Notes: generated by a model not told the origin, from the letters alone. Positions 26,496 to 39,298 are shown, numbered from the whole stretch's first letter. The stretch: 62,142 nucleotides of DNA, filler included, from Hausera hauseri (GCA_046269625.1; 12 parts of 12 records of this genome joined end to end with filler, not necessarily neighbours in it), one strand, 5' to 3'. Program-made: numbers and translations.

Positions 26496-27894
26496 TTTTA
26501 CTGGTGAGAGCACCGCCACACTCAATGAGCAGTTTGGAAATCATACTTTTGTCTTGGTCGTCCGCTTGACTCTTCTCATCAACAATCGTTTGGCCAAATG
26601 TTATCTTTAATAACGTTCGAAAATGTCCTTGTCTTGCAAATACCGAAAAAGAATAATTCACTTGTCAAACAACGCATCGATGTCTTGATCACTAATACTT
26701 TTGTCCCTTGTTTCAGTTTGTCATCGATAAACAATGTCAGATATTCCGGTGATGGAAATTCTGGTTGATAAAAAGTTCAGAATCGGAATTGATCTGATTT
26801 TTGAACAGCTGATTGTTTGCTAAGGCGTTCGTCAACAAACCATTGGCACGATATCGCAAATAAATTTATTTTTGTATTTAATTCTGTGGAGGTTTATCAT
26901 CTACAACGATTTTCCGGCCCTACTCCCGTAGTAAACGACTGATGCAGATGCTCACTTTCGTCAGACCAGAATCAACTCGTTTTAATAAAGTATACATTAA
27001 TCTAATTTCCGAATACTTTTTATTGCTTAGCAAATGAGTCAGACCAGAATTTTCATTATTTACAATTCGCTCCAAATGGTTTTTGATTGATTCGTCGTTG
27101 AGAACTTCGATAATTTTCGATTCGGTTGTTGAATTGAGAAATTCACGAGCACGTTTCGATTCTTCTTCGATAATTTTATTCACTTGATATATACAAATTC
27201 GACGGATTTGCACTTAATAATCGATCACTCTACGATCGATAAAAATCCCTACTTTGATCCAAGAAAAATGTTTCGAAATCATTTTCGTAAATATTTAATT
27301 TATCAACACCTAATTGGACAAGCATTTTACAGGCATCGCGAAGTTGTTTCCGGGGTATGAAATCACCGTTTCGTTCTCGCTTAACCATATCCAACAATGC
27401 CGACCGCAAATGACAACGCATGGGACCGAAAAGTAACACCACATCGCGAAAGATAATCAATTCAGTATTATAAGCATTCGGTTTGTCTGTATAAGCAACA
27501 TAAATTCGATCCATGTACATGATAATATCCCTGATCATAAACATAGCGGTTGCATGATGTTTTGAACATCGATTTAAATGAGCCAAAAAGTTATTATTCA
27601 ATCTCTCGTGCACTTCATCTCTAATTTTACGCCTATGATCGGTAATAACAGCCTTGGTACCGTTATACAATTGCTCACCATTTTTTGTAACACCATTGTG
27701 TATGCATTTTGATATAATTCCTCAAAACTCAATCTGCTTTTATTTTTACGCTGTATTTCAATAATAGCTCCTTTTAAAACTTCCCAAATTTCCCAAACAG
27801 ATTGATCACTCATCGACGTAGGAAGTGGTTTTATACGCATTTTACACGGATTTGAATTATACGATGAATCTAATTTACGAATATTTCGGGACAT
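26495..27894 (-). pseudogene. CUL3: Cullin-3 N-terminal ~two thirds, intronless, decayed
   Basis: [65 protein letters not shown]. Stops and frameshifts present. Confidence 0.93.
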
Positions 27895-27965
27895 TCATGC
27901 AAGTATAAAACAGTAGTTTTGTAGAGACCAGGACGGTTTTAATTTGTATTAATGACGAAAAAATG

Positions 27966-28193
27966 TTACCTTGAAATGTACTCCGATACCAAATTGTGGA
28001 TATCCCATTTGTGCATGTACTTAAAGCCTGGTTCTATGCACTCAGAAACAGAAGATAAATCAGATACACAAGATTCCGTTTCAGAAAAGTTCTCCTGATG
28101 CAGAGTTCTTCTTTTGTTTTCGTGATTGAGCATAGAAAATTCCGAATCAAACTGAAATGAATGTCTGAGTAAATTCTCTGCTATTTCTATCAT
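27966..28193 (-). pseudogene. Orphan first exon of an unidentified host gene
   Basis: ATG-initiated ORF MIEIAENL...FKYMHKWDIHNLVSEYISR ends at a GTAAC donor-like site; no continuation found. Confidence 0.3.
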
Positions 28194-28606
28194 TATGTAA
28201 ACCGGTGCACAACAACTCAATACAATACATGAAAATAATTGATACTGAGAACAAAAATTCAAATCGAAGCGAAATTGTTTACTACCACGGATAAAAAATC
28301 AATTCACTTCGCCAAAAATCAACAATTTCATAGAAAAAATGGCCAATTATTACGAGATTTAAAAACAGCCAAAAAGTCTATATTATTAAAACAAAGTACT
28401 TTTTACAATTCCGTAGCATGTATTTAAGCAGGCAAGCACACATCTCTAAAGACCGGACACACGACAAAATAAAAGTTTCTCTAAAGTGACGTACGAATAA
28501 TTTTTAATAATTAATGACATTTGGAAAAATATTCCCAAACATTTAATTGTTACAATTTTCTGCAGCTATCCCATTTATTCCCTCAGGTAACTGGATCAAC
28601 TTGTTT

Positions 28607-28925
28607 TCACAATACCAATTGTCCTTCAGTTTCTGGACCCCACATTAAATCGGGTGTAATTGCAGCTTTTATGGCTTCAGCAGACTTCATGTCATTTCTA
28701 ACGATTTTCGATATAACAAAATAGACAAAATGAAGTGGTACTGGAAGAATGGTTACAACAAATATCAACCAACCGATAACTCCTGTTTAAAATGGGAATC
28801 GCACTTGATTATAATACTGGCCAATGGTTATTCGCCGACGATTACTAAACGATGACACGGCTGAGAACTACATAACCACTGGAACGATAAATAAAATGCA
28901 TATCTTCCAATATAAGGTTAAATTG
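28607..28925 (-). pseudogene. SLC6 (sodium:neurotransmitter symporter) C-terminal TM11-TM12 fragment
   Basis: LYWKICILFIVPVVM*...RFPF*TGVIGWLIFVVTILPVP...ITPDLMWGP has the SLC6 C-terminal signature; in-frame stops. Confidence 0.75.
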
Positions 28926-30033
28926 ATGGTTCTAGACTGAGAATCGCAGTAAAAGTAATTCAGTTAATACAGTGACTTAACGGATTTCGACTGACACACT
29001 TGTTCGATTTTAGACTCTGAATTATGGGGAAGAAAAGGCACGGTTTCCATTTTACTTGATTGATTAGAAGACTAGAACTTGTTGGAAATATTACTACCTG
29101 AGCCGTTGTTTGATGAAAAGTACCCAACGTCTTTTTGCAGATGTTGATGACTTGGTGACAACAGATTTGCCTGAATGTTCAAGTCACAATCAATGATTGT
29201 TTTATTAGATTTTTTGATTTTCCGTGAATACGGATAATTTTCTTCATATTGTTCTTCTAATTTCCGTATTGTTTCAAAAACGTTCATGGGAAGATCGATG
29301 CCATTGTAACTGAATTTCCACAAGTCCATTGCAAGAATTCTCCGATTGACGTAGAGTGCTAATGTTTGCAAATAGGACTATAATGGACTTGCCAATTGAA
29401 ATTTATTGAGATTGCTCAAAACGACAGGACCGAGACTATTTCGTCTTTGATCGATAAACAAACTATCTAATTTAGTGCCTATAGAATTTATTGTGCTTAG
29501 AATGGAACGGTCTTCAAAATAATTCCCCATAGATAACTTTAGGAAAGGTTCCGCACATTACGATAGATTTTCATTGATTCTGAATCTTGTAAACGAGGCA
29601 GATTTTAATTTTTTGTTTCTGTAAGTACTATCAATACTGCTACACTCCACCGCTTGATGAGTCGAATGAAGCATTTAACCACTTTTGCTTTAATAAATGA
29701 TCACATGGAATTAAATATCTGATTTGATGTGTAGTTTGAAATTTAAGCTACTTCTAGATGAAGACGTGTTGATGGACTCGACACAAGAAATTTCTTCTAG
29801 ATGGGATATAGAATTATCGTTACTCGTATCCGTTCGCCTCATAGCACAGCTTAATCAAAGTGTAGGTGTGATTTTCGAGTAATCTTACACTGTTGATGCA
29901 AATTCAAACATCGTAAAATAAATGTTAGAGGCGGAAGATCGGGGCACACCTATGGGCCCGACGAGGCGGCAGCTCATGCCCGGCCGCGTACAACCAAATA
30001 AGCCAAAGGGCTCCGGCCGCTGCGGTCACCACA

Positions 30034-30532
30034 ACCAGCATTTCATCATTCTCTTTGTCTGCGTATTCTGTGGTTTGAAATCCCTTCTTTCCTCTCTTGG
30101 ATTGGCAAATTTGTGCACTACCACATCCCGATAACTCCGTCGACCATCTTTATTGTATTCTTTGACTGTATTTATTCTATCCGTCTTTGTTGCCTCTTTG
30201 TGAACTTTTTGTACTTTCGATTTGATTTGTTCTACGCTTTTCTCGTCACTGCGGTAGATTTTCTTTCTCATCTCCGGATCGTCACAACAGTGGATCATCA
30301 ATTCCTCTGTTAAAGTTTCCAGTGTTATTTTGTGACTAAAGATTCTCTTCACCAACTGTTTGATTTTGTTGAAGTAGGCAGCCGGTTCTGCCCCCTTCAT
30401 CCTGTAGTTCAGTTGCTCCCGTAGATCTCCACACAGCATTGTCGGATTTGCAAAGGCTTTTCTCAATTGATTTGGTAACCCTTTACTTTCTGCCTCACCA
30501 GATGGTATTTTTCCTGTGCTTTTTTCGCAAAA
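30034..30532 (-). mobile_element. Gypsy family A gag fragment, truncated at the zinc knuckle
   Basis: GAEPAAYF, INTVKEY..GRRSY and KCW are homologous to gag at 2955-3726. Confidence 0.85.
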
Positions 30533-30632
30533 NNNNNNNNNNNNNNNNNNNNNNNNNNNNNNNNNNNNNNNNNNNNTTAATTAATTAANNNNNNNNNNNN
30601 NNNNNNNNNNNNNNNNNNNNNNNNNNNNNNNN

Positions 30633-33600
30633 CTAAGTGCCCCTATTCTAATTTATCCAGATATGACTAAGCCATTTATACTAGCAATTGATGCAAGTAA
30701 TTATGGAGTTGGAACAGTACTGTCATAGAAAGGTGAAGATGGTAAGGAACATACAATTGCTTATGCGTCAAGAAAGTTAAACAAGCATCAAAGGAAATAT
30801 GGCGTTATTGAAAAAGAATTGTCAGCAGTAATATTTGCGCTAGAAGTGTTCTCATCTTACATTAGCAAAAATAAGCCTTTAGATATATATACCGATCACC
30901 GATAGTTACAGTGGCTGAAAAAGCATGAGAATCCTCAAAACGTCAGCCTTATACATTACACTTCCAATATAAACCGAGTACACGAAATGCGAATGTGGAC
31001 TATCCATCAAGTATGCCTCAAGAAGAAAACGAAAAGAAGTAAGAGCGGCGGTATGGAGCATGGATGGATCCATAGAAAAGATAAATGAGAATCAACGGTA
31101 AGATGAAAAGGTAAGAGCAATCAGGAACTTTATCCAAAGTAAAATAATACCCACGGATAGAGAATTAGCTCGTCACGTAGCCAGATTTGGTGATGCCTAC
31201 GAAGAAAAGGACGGATTTTTGTATTATATTCATCAAAATGGGCCAACACTAGTAATTGCAGAAAAGAATAGAGTAGTTTTATTAACTCAACAGCACTGTG
31301 TATTATTAGGTGGACATCAGTCAGTAAGAAAGACGATAAACAAGTTGAAAAGAAAATACTTATGGCCAACTATAACCCAACATGTTCAAAACTTGTGCGA
31401 TAGTTGTAAACTATGCGCCACTCGAAAGAATACCGGATCCAAATTTAAGGCTCCTCTGAAAGTATGGGATAATGCTCCTGCTCCATTCGAATTTACCGCG
31501 ATGGATATAACAGGACACTTACCATTAACAAGAAATGGAAATAGGTATATTCTCATGTTCATAGATTATTTCACTCAATTGGTAGTGGCTTTACCAATGC
31601 AAGACATGAAGGCAGATTATGGAGCCCCACGGATAATATTAACAGATCAAGCATCAAACCTAACCGGCAATGTGATGCAAGCCATATATGACATCATGAG
31701 AATACTAAAATTGCGGTCAACCCCCGGACACCGGGAAAATAACGGAATGGTGAAAAGATATTGGTGATTTGAAAAATAATGAAAAACAGTCGTTAGTCCT
31801 AGGCAAGATGACTGGAATGAGTATATTAATGCATGTGTCTTTGTGAACCGGACATCAGTGCACGAATCTACGAAGGAGACGCCATTATACATAATGTATT
31901 TAAGAGATCCTAGATTACCAATCGACCTGGACTTTAATGTGCGACCAACATCACATTTAATGGAGGTAAAAGAGTATAAACAATTAATGCAAGAATGGTT
32001 AAAATTAGCCTGAGTTAGTGAAGGATAATCAAAAAGATTAAAACTAAGTATAAAAAGTATTACGATGAGAAAACCAAACTACCTAAAGTTAAAGTAGGAG
32101 ATGAGGTGATGTTGTATACACCACTAAGTAAAAAGGGAAAAAGATCCAAATTAGACAGATCAAATAAAGGACCATATAAAGTAGAAAAAGTAGATTTCCC
32201 CAATGTCTACCTCAAGAAAGATCATGTGATATCCAAAGTTCACATCAATAGATGTAAACCGGCCGCTAAAGGAAATAAACTTAGGGAAGATGAACAAGAC
32301 TTTGTTAGGTGGATAGTAAGTAAATCAGAAGAGGCCTTTAACGTAAAATATGTTTTCTAGTACTAATTCTCGTGCTGATGCCTTGTATATTAACGCAAAT
32401 GACTGATCAAGAGATACAAAAAGCAAAGATTCGTCATTCAATTGCCATATCTGAGTACTTGCTATTAAAGAATATACGATGTCAAATTCAATATACTAAA
32501 ACAGGCCAGAAATGTGTGAAGTTTTCCGTAACAACCCAAATGCCACTTCAATATATCGTCGGAATCCAGATCAGACACTGGCAGCCTAATTTGAAGAATC
32601 CTATGGAACGTAAATACGACTATGTATTAAGTCATTGGAAAATAGAAACAGACGGCATAATCGAACAATCATGTATGAACGAAATATATGATACAGTAAT
32701 AAAAACAAGGTGACTATCGAAGTCAATATACAAGAAAAATAAGATCCATATCCATCCGTAACCGGCATGGAATGAATGAAACCCAATTGGGCATAATAAT
32801 AATCGGTTAAATATTAATTAGGTCCATTGGATTCAAAAGTGGACAATGTTGTATTGAAGTGACTAGTAAAATAAGATTAGAGCACATATGATGGATAACG
32901 GTACACATTAAAGAAGAATCGTGTAAAAAATTACCGATTAAATGTTACATAACCCATGAGCAACAGCAGACTTGTAACGTAAGGAAAAGTCTATAACGTA
33001 AAGTATACGTTAACACAAAAGGAATGCGGGTTACTCCGAAATAAATTAAGGGCAAATGGTCTAACAATGTACGATATGAGTTCTATAGAATTTGGCGAAA
33101 AAGAAATAAACGTCACGACACCGCCATCCAATTCTTCGCTAATAAATAGCCATAATAAAAGTAACGAAAGGGAAATGACTATTTTGATTCAACCCCACGC
33201 CTCATATTATCGACAAAGCGCTTCATTTGGGAGAATGTAACTATAACCACTGCTCCAACGACTGATAATTGCAATCAAGCCACACTTGGACTTCTATAAA
33301 GTGAAATTCACCTGTAAAATCCAGCAGGCGATAGTAGACCAAGGTATAATAACCCATGATGATCTGATAGTCCCTTGTGCTGCCTTAACTCCGAATACTA
33401 AGTATACAGTTACACAACATCTCTACGATAACAACAATAAGGTAACGTCTACAAAAATTCTCACAGCATTCACTAAAATGTAACATACAAAACCCCAATA
33501 GAGAAAAATTAATGTTAAGGACATAACAACTTTGAAACCTTTACGACCAGCATACAAACATTCACGTATAGGAATGATATTAATAGGTTCCAAAGTACCT

Positions 33601-34653
33601 ATAACATTTATAATAATGGTATTAGTAACGATCAAAATAATAATTTGCCAACGAAAAAGAAAACAAGGCTGGGTTCGCATTAATATGCGTGATCTAACGA
33701 ATCCGTTAGACACAGACAATCCCAGCTGACGGTTAATCATAGGAAATGCTGTCTAACCAACCTCAGACACAGAGATAACCCAATTTCATCTGGTTACTTC
33801 CCCATATAAATTCTATGAAAATAAAACCATGACGATTACCAAAATGATGTGTATGATAACCGTTGTGTTGTGTTTAAGTACCGTTTTTGAAAAAACATTG
33901 ACTATCTCATTTCTAATATCCGCATCAACGTTGCATCCAATCCAGTCGATCACTAGATCCAAGCATTGGTATAGCAATGCGAAGAACCATCTCATTAACG
34001 AGAATTCAACCTATTAATACCATGTGATTCACAACGAATATACAGTCAGCCTAAATTACCAACAGACACAACAAATACCAAATAACCTTAAAGGTGATAG
34101 TATGGCGAATAGATCATTAGCTCTACTACAAATAACGAAAACAACCTCCTTCTATGTTACTGATATAATCTTATTCCTAGAACAATTCCAGTAAATGAAT
34201 ATCTACTGCATATCTGGACAGTTCCACATCAAAACCACCGATAAGAAAACACGGATAAAAGAAGACCTGATCAATATAGATCCAGAACACGGTATCGCAT
34301 TCGACTTTACCTTCATCAAAAGGAACACGTTGAAAATTCGATCTCTCACCATTCGAATAATGTTCGTCTTCGAGATAATAAAAGAAAAAAAATTTCTACC
34401 CAGTTTACCAGAAAGGAAGTATTTTAACCTTCCGGAACCGGAGTACATCAAATACAAAATGACTGCATAGAGAAGAATTGAAAAAGTATCTTATGATGAC
34501 TTGGACACAGCAGCTGTGAACCTAGCCTGTGACCAATGGAATCAGTTACAACCGACTGAAGCCTCAATAATCACTCTCAGTGGAAATACCCTTTTCTATA
34601 GTATCATCACCCCGAGGTAACGCATTAATAACTTTGATACTCATCTAACGGGT
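30633..34653 (+). mobile_element. Ty3/Gypsy element (family C): RH, IN, env-position membrane-protein ORF and further 3' coding remnants
   Basis: FILAIDASNYGVG, EKELSAV, GGHQ..K..YLWP..C..C, AMDITG, GPYKV. After these come a signal-peptide-like FLVLILVLMPCILT and a TM near 33570-33650. Confidence 0.88.
32350..33729 (+). pseudogene. Env-position type-I membrane protein with FN3/Ig-like domains (decayed)
   Basis: Signal peptide, Cys-containing beta-rich segments, ALTPNTKYTVTQ (FN3-like LxPxTxY), TM followed by QRKRK; homologous to 37180-38590. Confidence 0.65.
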
Positions 34654-34753
34654 NNNNNNNNNNNNNNNNNNNNNNNNNNNNNNNNNNNNNNNNNNNNTTA
34701 ATTAATTAANNNNNNNNNNNNNNNNNNNNNNNNNNNNNNNNNNNNNNNNNNNN

Positions 34754-37700
34754 GTAAAGGAGGCTTTAGACAGACTATCAGGACCGAAATAGTTTACCAC
34801 TATCAACTTACAATCGGGATACTGGCAAGTGGAAATCGAAGAAGGAGATCGATACAAGATCGCGTTCAAAACACACGATGGCGTATACGAATTTAATGCC
34901 CTTCGGTATCACTACCGGACCAGCTATTTTCACTAGAATGATGAACAAAATGCTTATGGGACTCGGTCATGCATTTGCGTACTTAGACGACGTGATTATA
35001 GCATCAAAAACGGAAGAGGAACACTTAAAGGACATTGAGGATACGCTCATGCACCTGGAACAAGCAGGGCTGAAATTAAATCCAAAGAAATGTAAATGGG
35101 CACAAAATGTAGTATCATACCTCGGATATATAGTAGGAGAAGGAGGATCAAAACCAGATAAATCTTTGCTAAATAAAATATCTGATTGCATGGAGCTTCA
35201 GAATCAAAAAGAGTTAAGACATTGGTTAGGCTTATGCGGATACTATGCCACTTACGTACCAGACAATTCGAAAATTAACGCGCCATTATACCGACTGCTT
35301 AAGAAAAGGACTAAATGGAAATGGACGAAAGTGGAGCAAAAAGCATTCTATGAAATGAAGAAAATTTTGACGAGCGAACCAGTTTTAAGATATCCTGATT
35401 TTAACCTGTCATTCATCATTAAAACAGATGCAAGTAAAGAGGGCATAGGATATGATTTAGATCAGAAACGAGAAGATGAAGAATTAGAACATCCAATAGC
35501 CCATAGAGGACGTTTGTTAAAGAAAGCAGAACAAAAATAAGCAGTCACTGAATTAGAAACGTTATCCGTAAATGAAGCACTACGACACTTTAATGTCTAT
35601 ATTTATGGACAAAGGATCGTAATAGTAACCGACCACAAAGCGGTTACGACATTGAAAGGACGAGCTAATAACCCTACATGTAGATTGAATCGTTGGATTG
35701 AAGAAATTTCTCAATATAACATCAAATTCCGATATAAACCAGGCAACAAACACGTCGACGCCGATGCACTATCAAGACTTAAGACAAAAACGAGCGCAAT
35801 CACCACAAATAAAAAGCCACAACTCGAACAACTGATCGAACGACAAAGAACTCTAACAATGAACAAGACGATTTGAATCACAGCCAAACAAGCTAAGAAT
35901 ATGATTATTCAGAAAATTGTTGAGTTCGCACAAAATTTCAAAATGGCCGAAGGACGACAATTGAAGAAGCATTGACAAAAACACGGACATAAATATCGCG
36001 CTTCGAACCAAAATAATTTACTATATTACGAACGAAAAGGAAGAAAGCTAATGGTCATTCCAAAAGGGTTACGCACCGAAGTACTCATGGCTGAACATGA
36101 TTCGTATTTAGCTGGACACATGTCTTGGAAGAAGACATTGGAAAAGATATTAAATAAATACTACTGGCCAAGCATTTATATTGATGTAAAAAATTGGGTA
36201 AGTGCTTGCGAAGTTTGCGCAACAAAGCAAAAGAAAACGAAAAGCTACATAGCAGAATTAAAACCCATAAACGTGCCATACAGACCCATGCAAGCTATAT
36301 CTATGGATATAGTAGGACCCCTGCTTAAAACTCTCAAAAATAACAGATATATTCTACCATGCGTGGATCGGTTAACGCACTTTGTCGAACTAGTAGCGCT
36401 ATTAGATCAAAATACAGAAACTTTAGCCGACACAGTGGTAAGGAAAATCATCTACAGATACGGACCACCAGAACAAATCTTAACGGATAGAGGAAGAAAT
36501 TTCACAAGCGAATTATTCGAAAAAATTATCAAAATATTCGAAATTGAACGTTTAACCACTACCGCGTACCACCACCAATGTAATGAAATGGTTGAACGAA
36601 TGAACGCAACAGTCATTCGGATACTATCAACAGTAGTGGCCAAAGATTAAAAAGATTCGGATGAATTTCTAGAAGGAACACAGTTCGCGATTAATACAAC
36701 TCCACATCCAGCCACGGGATTCACACCGTTCTTCATGATGTATGGACGAGAGGCAATCTTACCTACAGATCTAGGTATGACACCGTATGAAAAGAACCTT
36801 GAGGATCTAGAGCAAAACTTTGCCGAAGTCTTACAGACAAGATTGCAAAAGTGTTGGGAAGTCGCAAAAGCATTATTACTCGAATACCAGGAACAATTTA
36901 AAAAACAATATGATAAAAAGACTAAATCCCATGACCTGAAAAAGGGAAACTGGGTTTATATACATTACCCAATCACGACGAAACATACATCCTTGAAATT
37001 AACGCGTACCGGAAGAAAACCACATGAACTCGTCCGTACAACATCGACCACGGTCTATATTAATAAAAACGGTAAAAAAGAAATCATGTCAATACAAAGA
37101 GTAGTTAAGACAGATATAAGACCAACCAAACGCTACAATTTAAAACAGCGAGAAGCCAAGACATCGGCAGTTGTCATCAGACCGGTATCTTACGCTCAGA
37201 TAATAGTATTGCTGCTCTAACGCCAAAGTCTAACGCCCAATGGTGGATCGATGAAACTTCGTTAAGTGATATATATGGAATGAGGAAAAGAGGACTAAAA
37301 CTTTTACCGGCAAGGAAGGAAATTCCAGAACACAAATCAGAACAAAAAGACAAAAAATTCTTGCGAGCAATAAAATTAGATTATTTTTCGCCAGAAGTCC
37401 CATGTGTCGGGTTTAGGTTACCAGGACCATACGCAGGGAAAATTCAAATACTATTTCATAACCTATTAAGCCAAGCCGAATCTGATTCTATATATGAACC
37501 AGAAGACGATACAGCTTGCTGCAACGTAGAGTATGGACATTTTTACACCCTCAGCTATCGTGCATATTTACCGAACTGTAATGAATTACACTTTGAAATC
37601 AATCTGAAGTCATATTTAGTTATACCACAAACGTATGAAGATTATATTAATATAGAGACGGAAGACTTGTTTTAATCCATTGATCCATTAAAACGAATGC

Positions 37701-38820
37701 TAGAAGAAAATGTAGCTAGTATAACGGAAAACCCAAGGGACAAATGTATCCAGATAAACACAAAAGGACGATTAATTAAGGAACAAGTAATCACAGTTCA
37801 ATTCACAAGAGAGGACAAGGAAGCTCCTAATCAACAATACTGTCAAATTGACGTCGAAAGACCGAATAAGTGTTGTAAGTTACCTCCAGGACATAAATAT
37901 CGAATCCGGTTAGACCTATATGAAATTCGACCAAGTCAGCCGAGTATTTATTTAGGAAGTTATAAATTTGAAAATCTAATCCAAGGAATTTCACCTCAAA
38001 TAACGACAAGTAGAATTACGACTACAAAAACGAATGTGACTACTTCAACTTCTACCAAAATCCTTCAGACAAGTGGATTATCTCAGAAGAATCTAGAAAT
38101 AATTCCGATAAAATATTGGAAACAACAACATGAAATAACGTTCATCGTGGAAGAAGCACTTAATTACTATGTAGAAATAAGCTGCCGAACATTATACAAT
38201 AATCAGAAAATCACATTGGCCAAAGGTAACTATCGAATCAAATGCACCTACTTGAAACCTAAAAACGACTACATAATACAAATAGATGCAGAGAACAAAC
38301 AAAGTAGAACATTTACGGTACAAACCTTAAGTGAGATTTTCTTAACTGAACCACCAACTAAGGAGGAGACGGGAGACGAAATGACGACTACCATTAAAAC
38401 AAAAAATTTAATTAAATGGACATCTTTGTCATTAATATCGATTATTGGAACGTCAATATTTGCTCTCATAATTTTGATTGCGTTTTGTCCATTGACTGCC
38501 TAAAACTGTTATAATAAGCGTCATAAAACAACTGAGAGGGAATTAGGGGCGATTGTACCACAGGATGAAATCAATAATGTAATAATTTGACAATTACAGG
38601 TTGGGTTATTCCACCATCTAACAAGGAATTGGTTCAGATTTAAAACAATACTTTGTTATAGGATTGACACTTATTTCATATTTTTCTTCAGAATGGTAAG
38701 TACGAACAGCCAAATTAGTGTCGACGAATTCCTACGAGGATACGCAACAGTCTTCATCCCAAAGACGAAAGCCATATACAGAAGAATAAATGACGCATTA
38801 CAAACAGAAACGTACGCCGA
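34754..38820 (+). mobile_element. Ty3/Gypsy element (family D): RT, RH, IN, env-position ORF, start of a fourth ORF
   Basis: MPFGI, AYLDDVII, IKTDAS, HVDADALSR, HD..AGH...YYWP..C..C, SMDIVGPL, TDRGRNF. Confidence 0.93.
37180..38590 (+). pseudogene. Env-position type-I membrane protein: signal peptide, ~3 beta-sandwich/FN3-like domains, Thr-rich linker, TM, short tail
   Basis: ORFs 37280-37675 and 37697-38503 share one frame (single TAA between them). Motifs LPPGHKYRIRL and LKPKNDYIIQI; TTSRITTTKTNVTTSTST; TM SLSLISIIGTSIFALIILIAFC. Confidence 0.72.
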
Positions 38821-38920
38821 NNNNNNNNNNNNNNNNNNNNNNNNNNNNNNNNNNNNNNNNNNNNTTAATTAATTAANNNNNNNNNNNNNNNNNNNNNNNN
38901 NNNNNNNNNNNNNNNNNNNN

Positions 38921-39298
38921 CGTTAGTTGGTTCCGAATTCTGGCGTACAATTTCACCCCCTTGCTTAGTGTTTGTAAATTCGCTCAAATTCTTTATTTTC
39001 GTCCAAATATCGAATTTCTTATTTACATCTGTAAATTGTTAAAAGCAGATAATAATTACCTTCACTTATTATTAGAAACTGCTGTTCACTTTTGTGTTTT
39101 TCTAACATTAACTGATTGACGTAAAACAAGAACAAAATATTTTCAAACTTCTTCTAATACTGCTTCTTCGGATTTTATAAAATTCAGTTCATTTTCAATA
39201 TCTACTTTTGTATTTGTAGATTCTGAATCAATGTTATGAACGTTATTCTTTATAATTTGTAGTTTATCCATTAAACTACTTTTGCTTAATGCATCCAT
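38921..39298 (-). CDS. 5' part of an unidentified host gene with two tiny introns (39112-39148, 39029-39059)
   Basis: Removing the 37-nt and 31-nt GT-AG introns gives an open frame MDALSKSSLMDKLQ...VLEE|LMLEK...ISE|DVNKKFDIW... up to the contig end. Confidence 0.6.
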
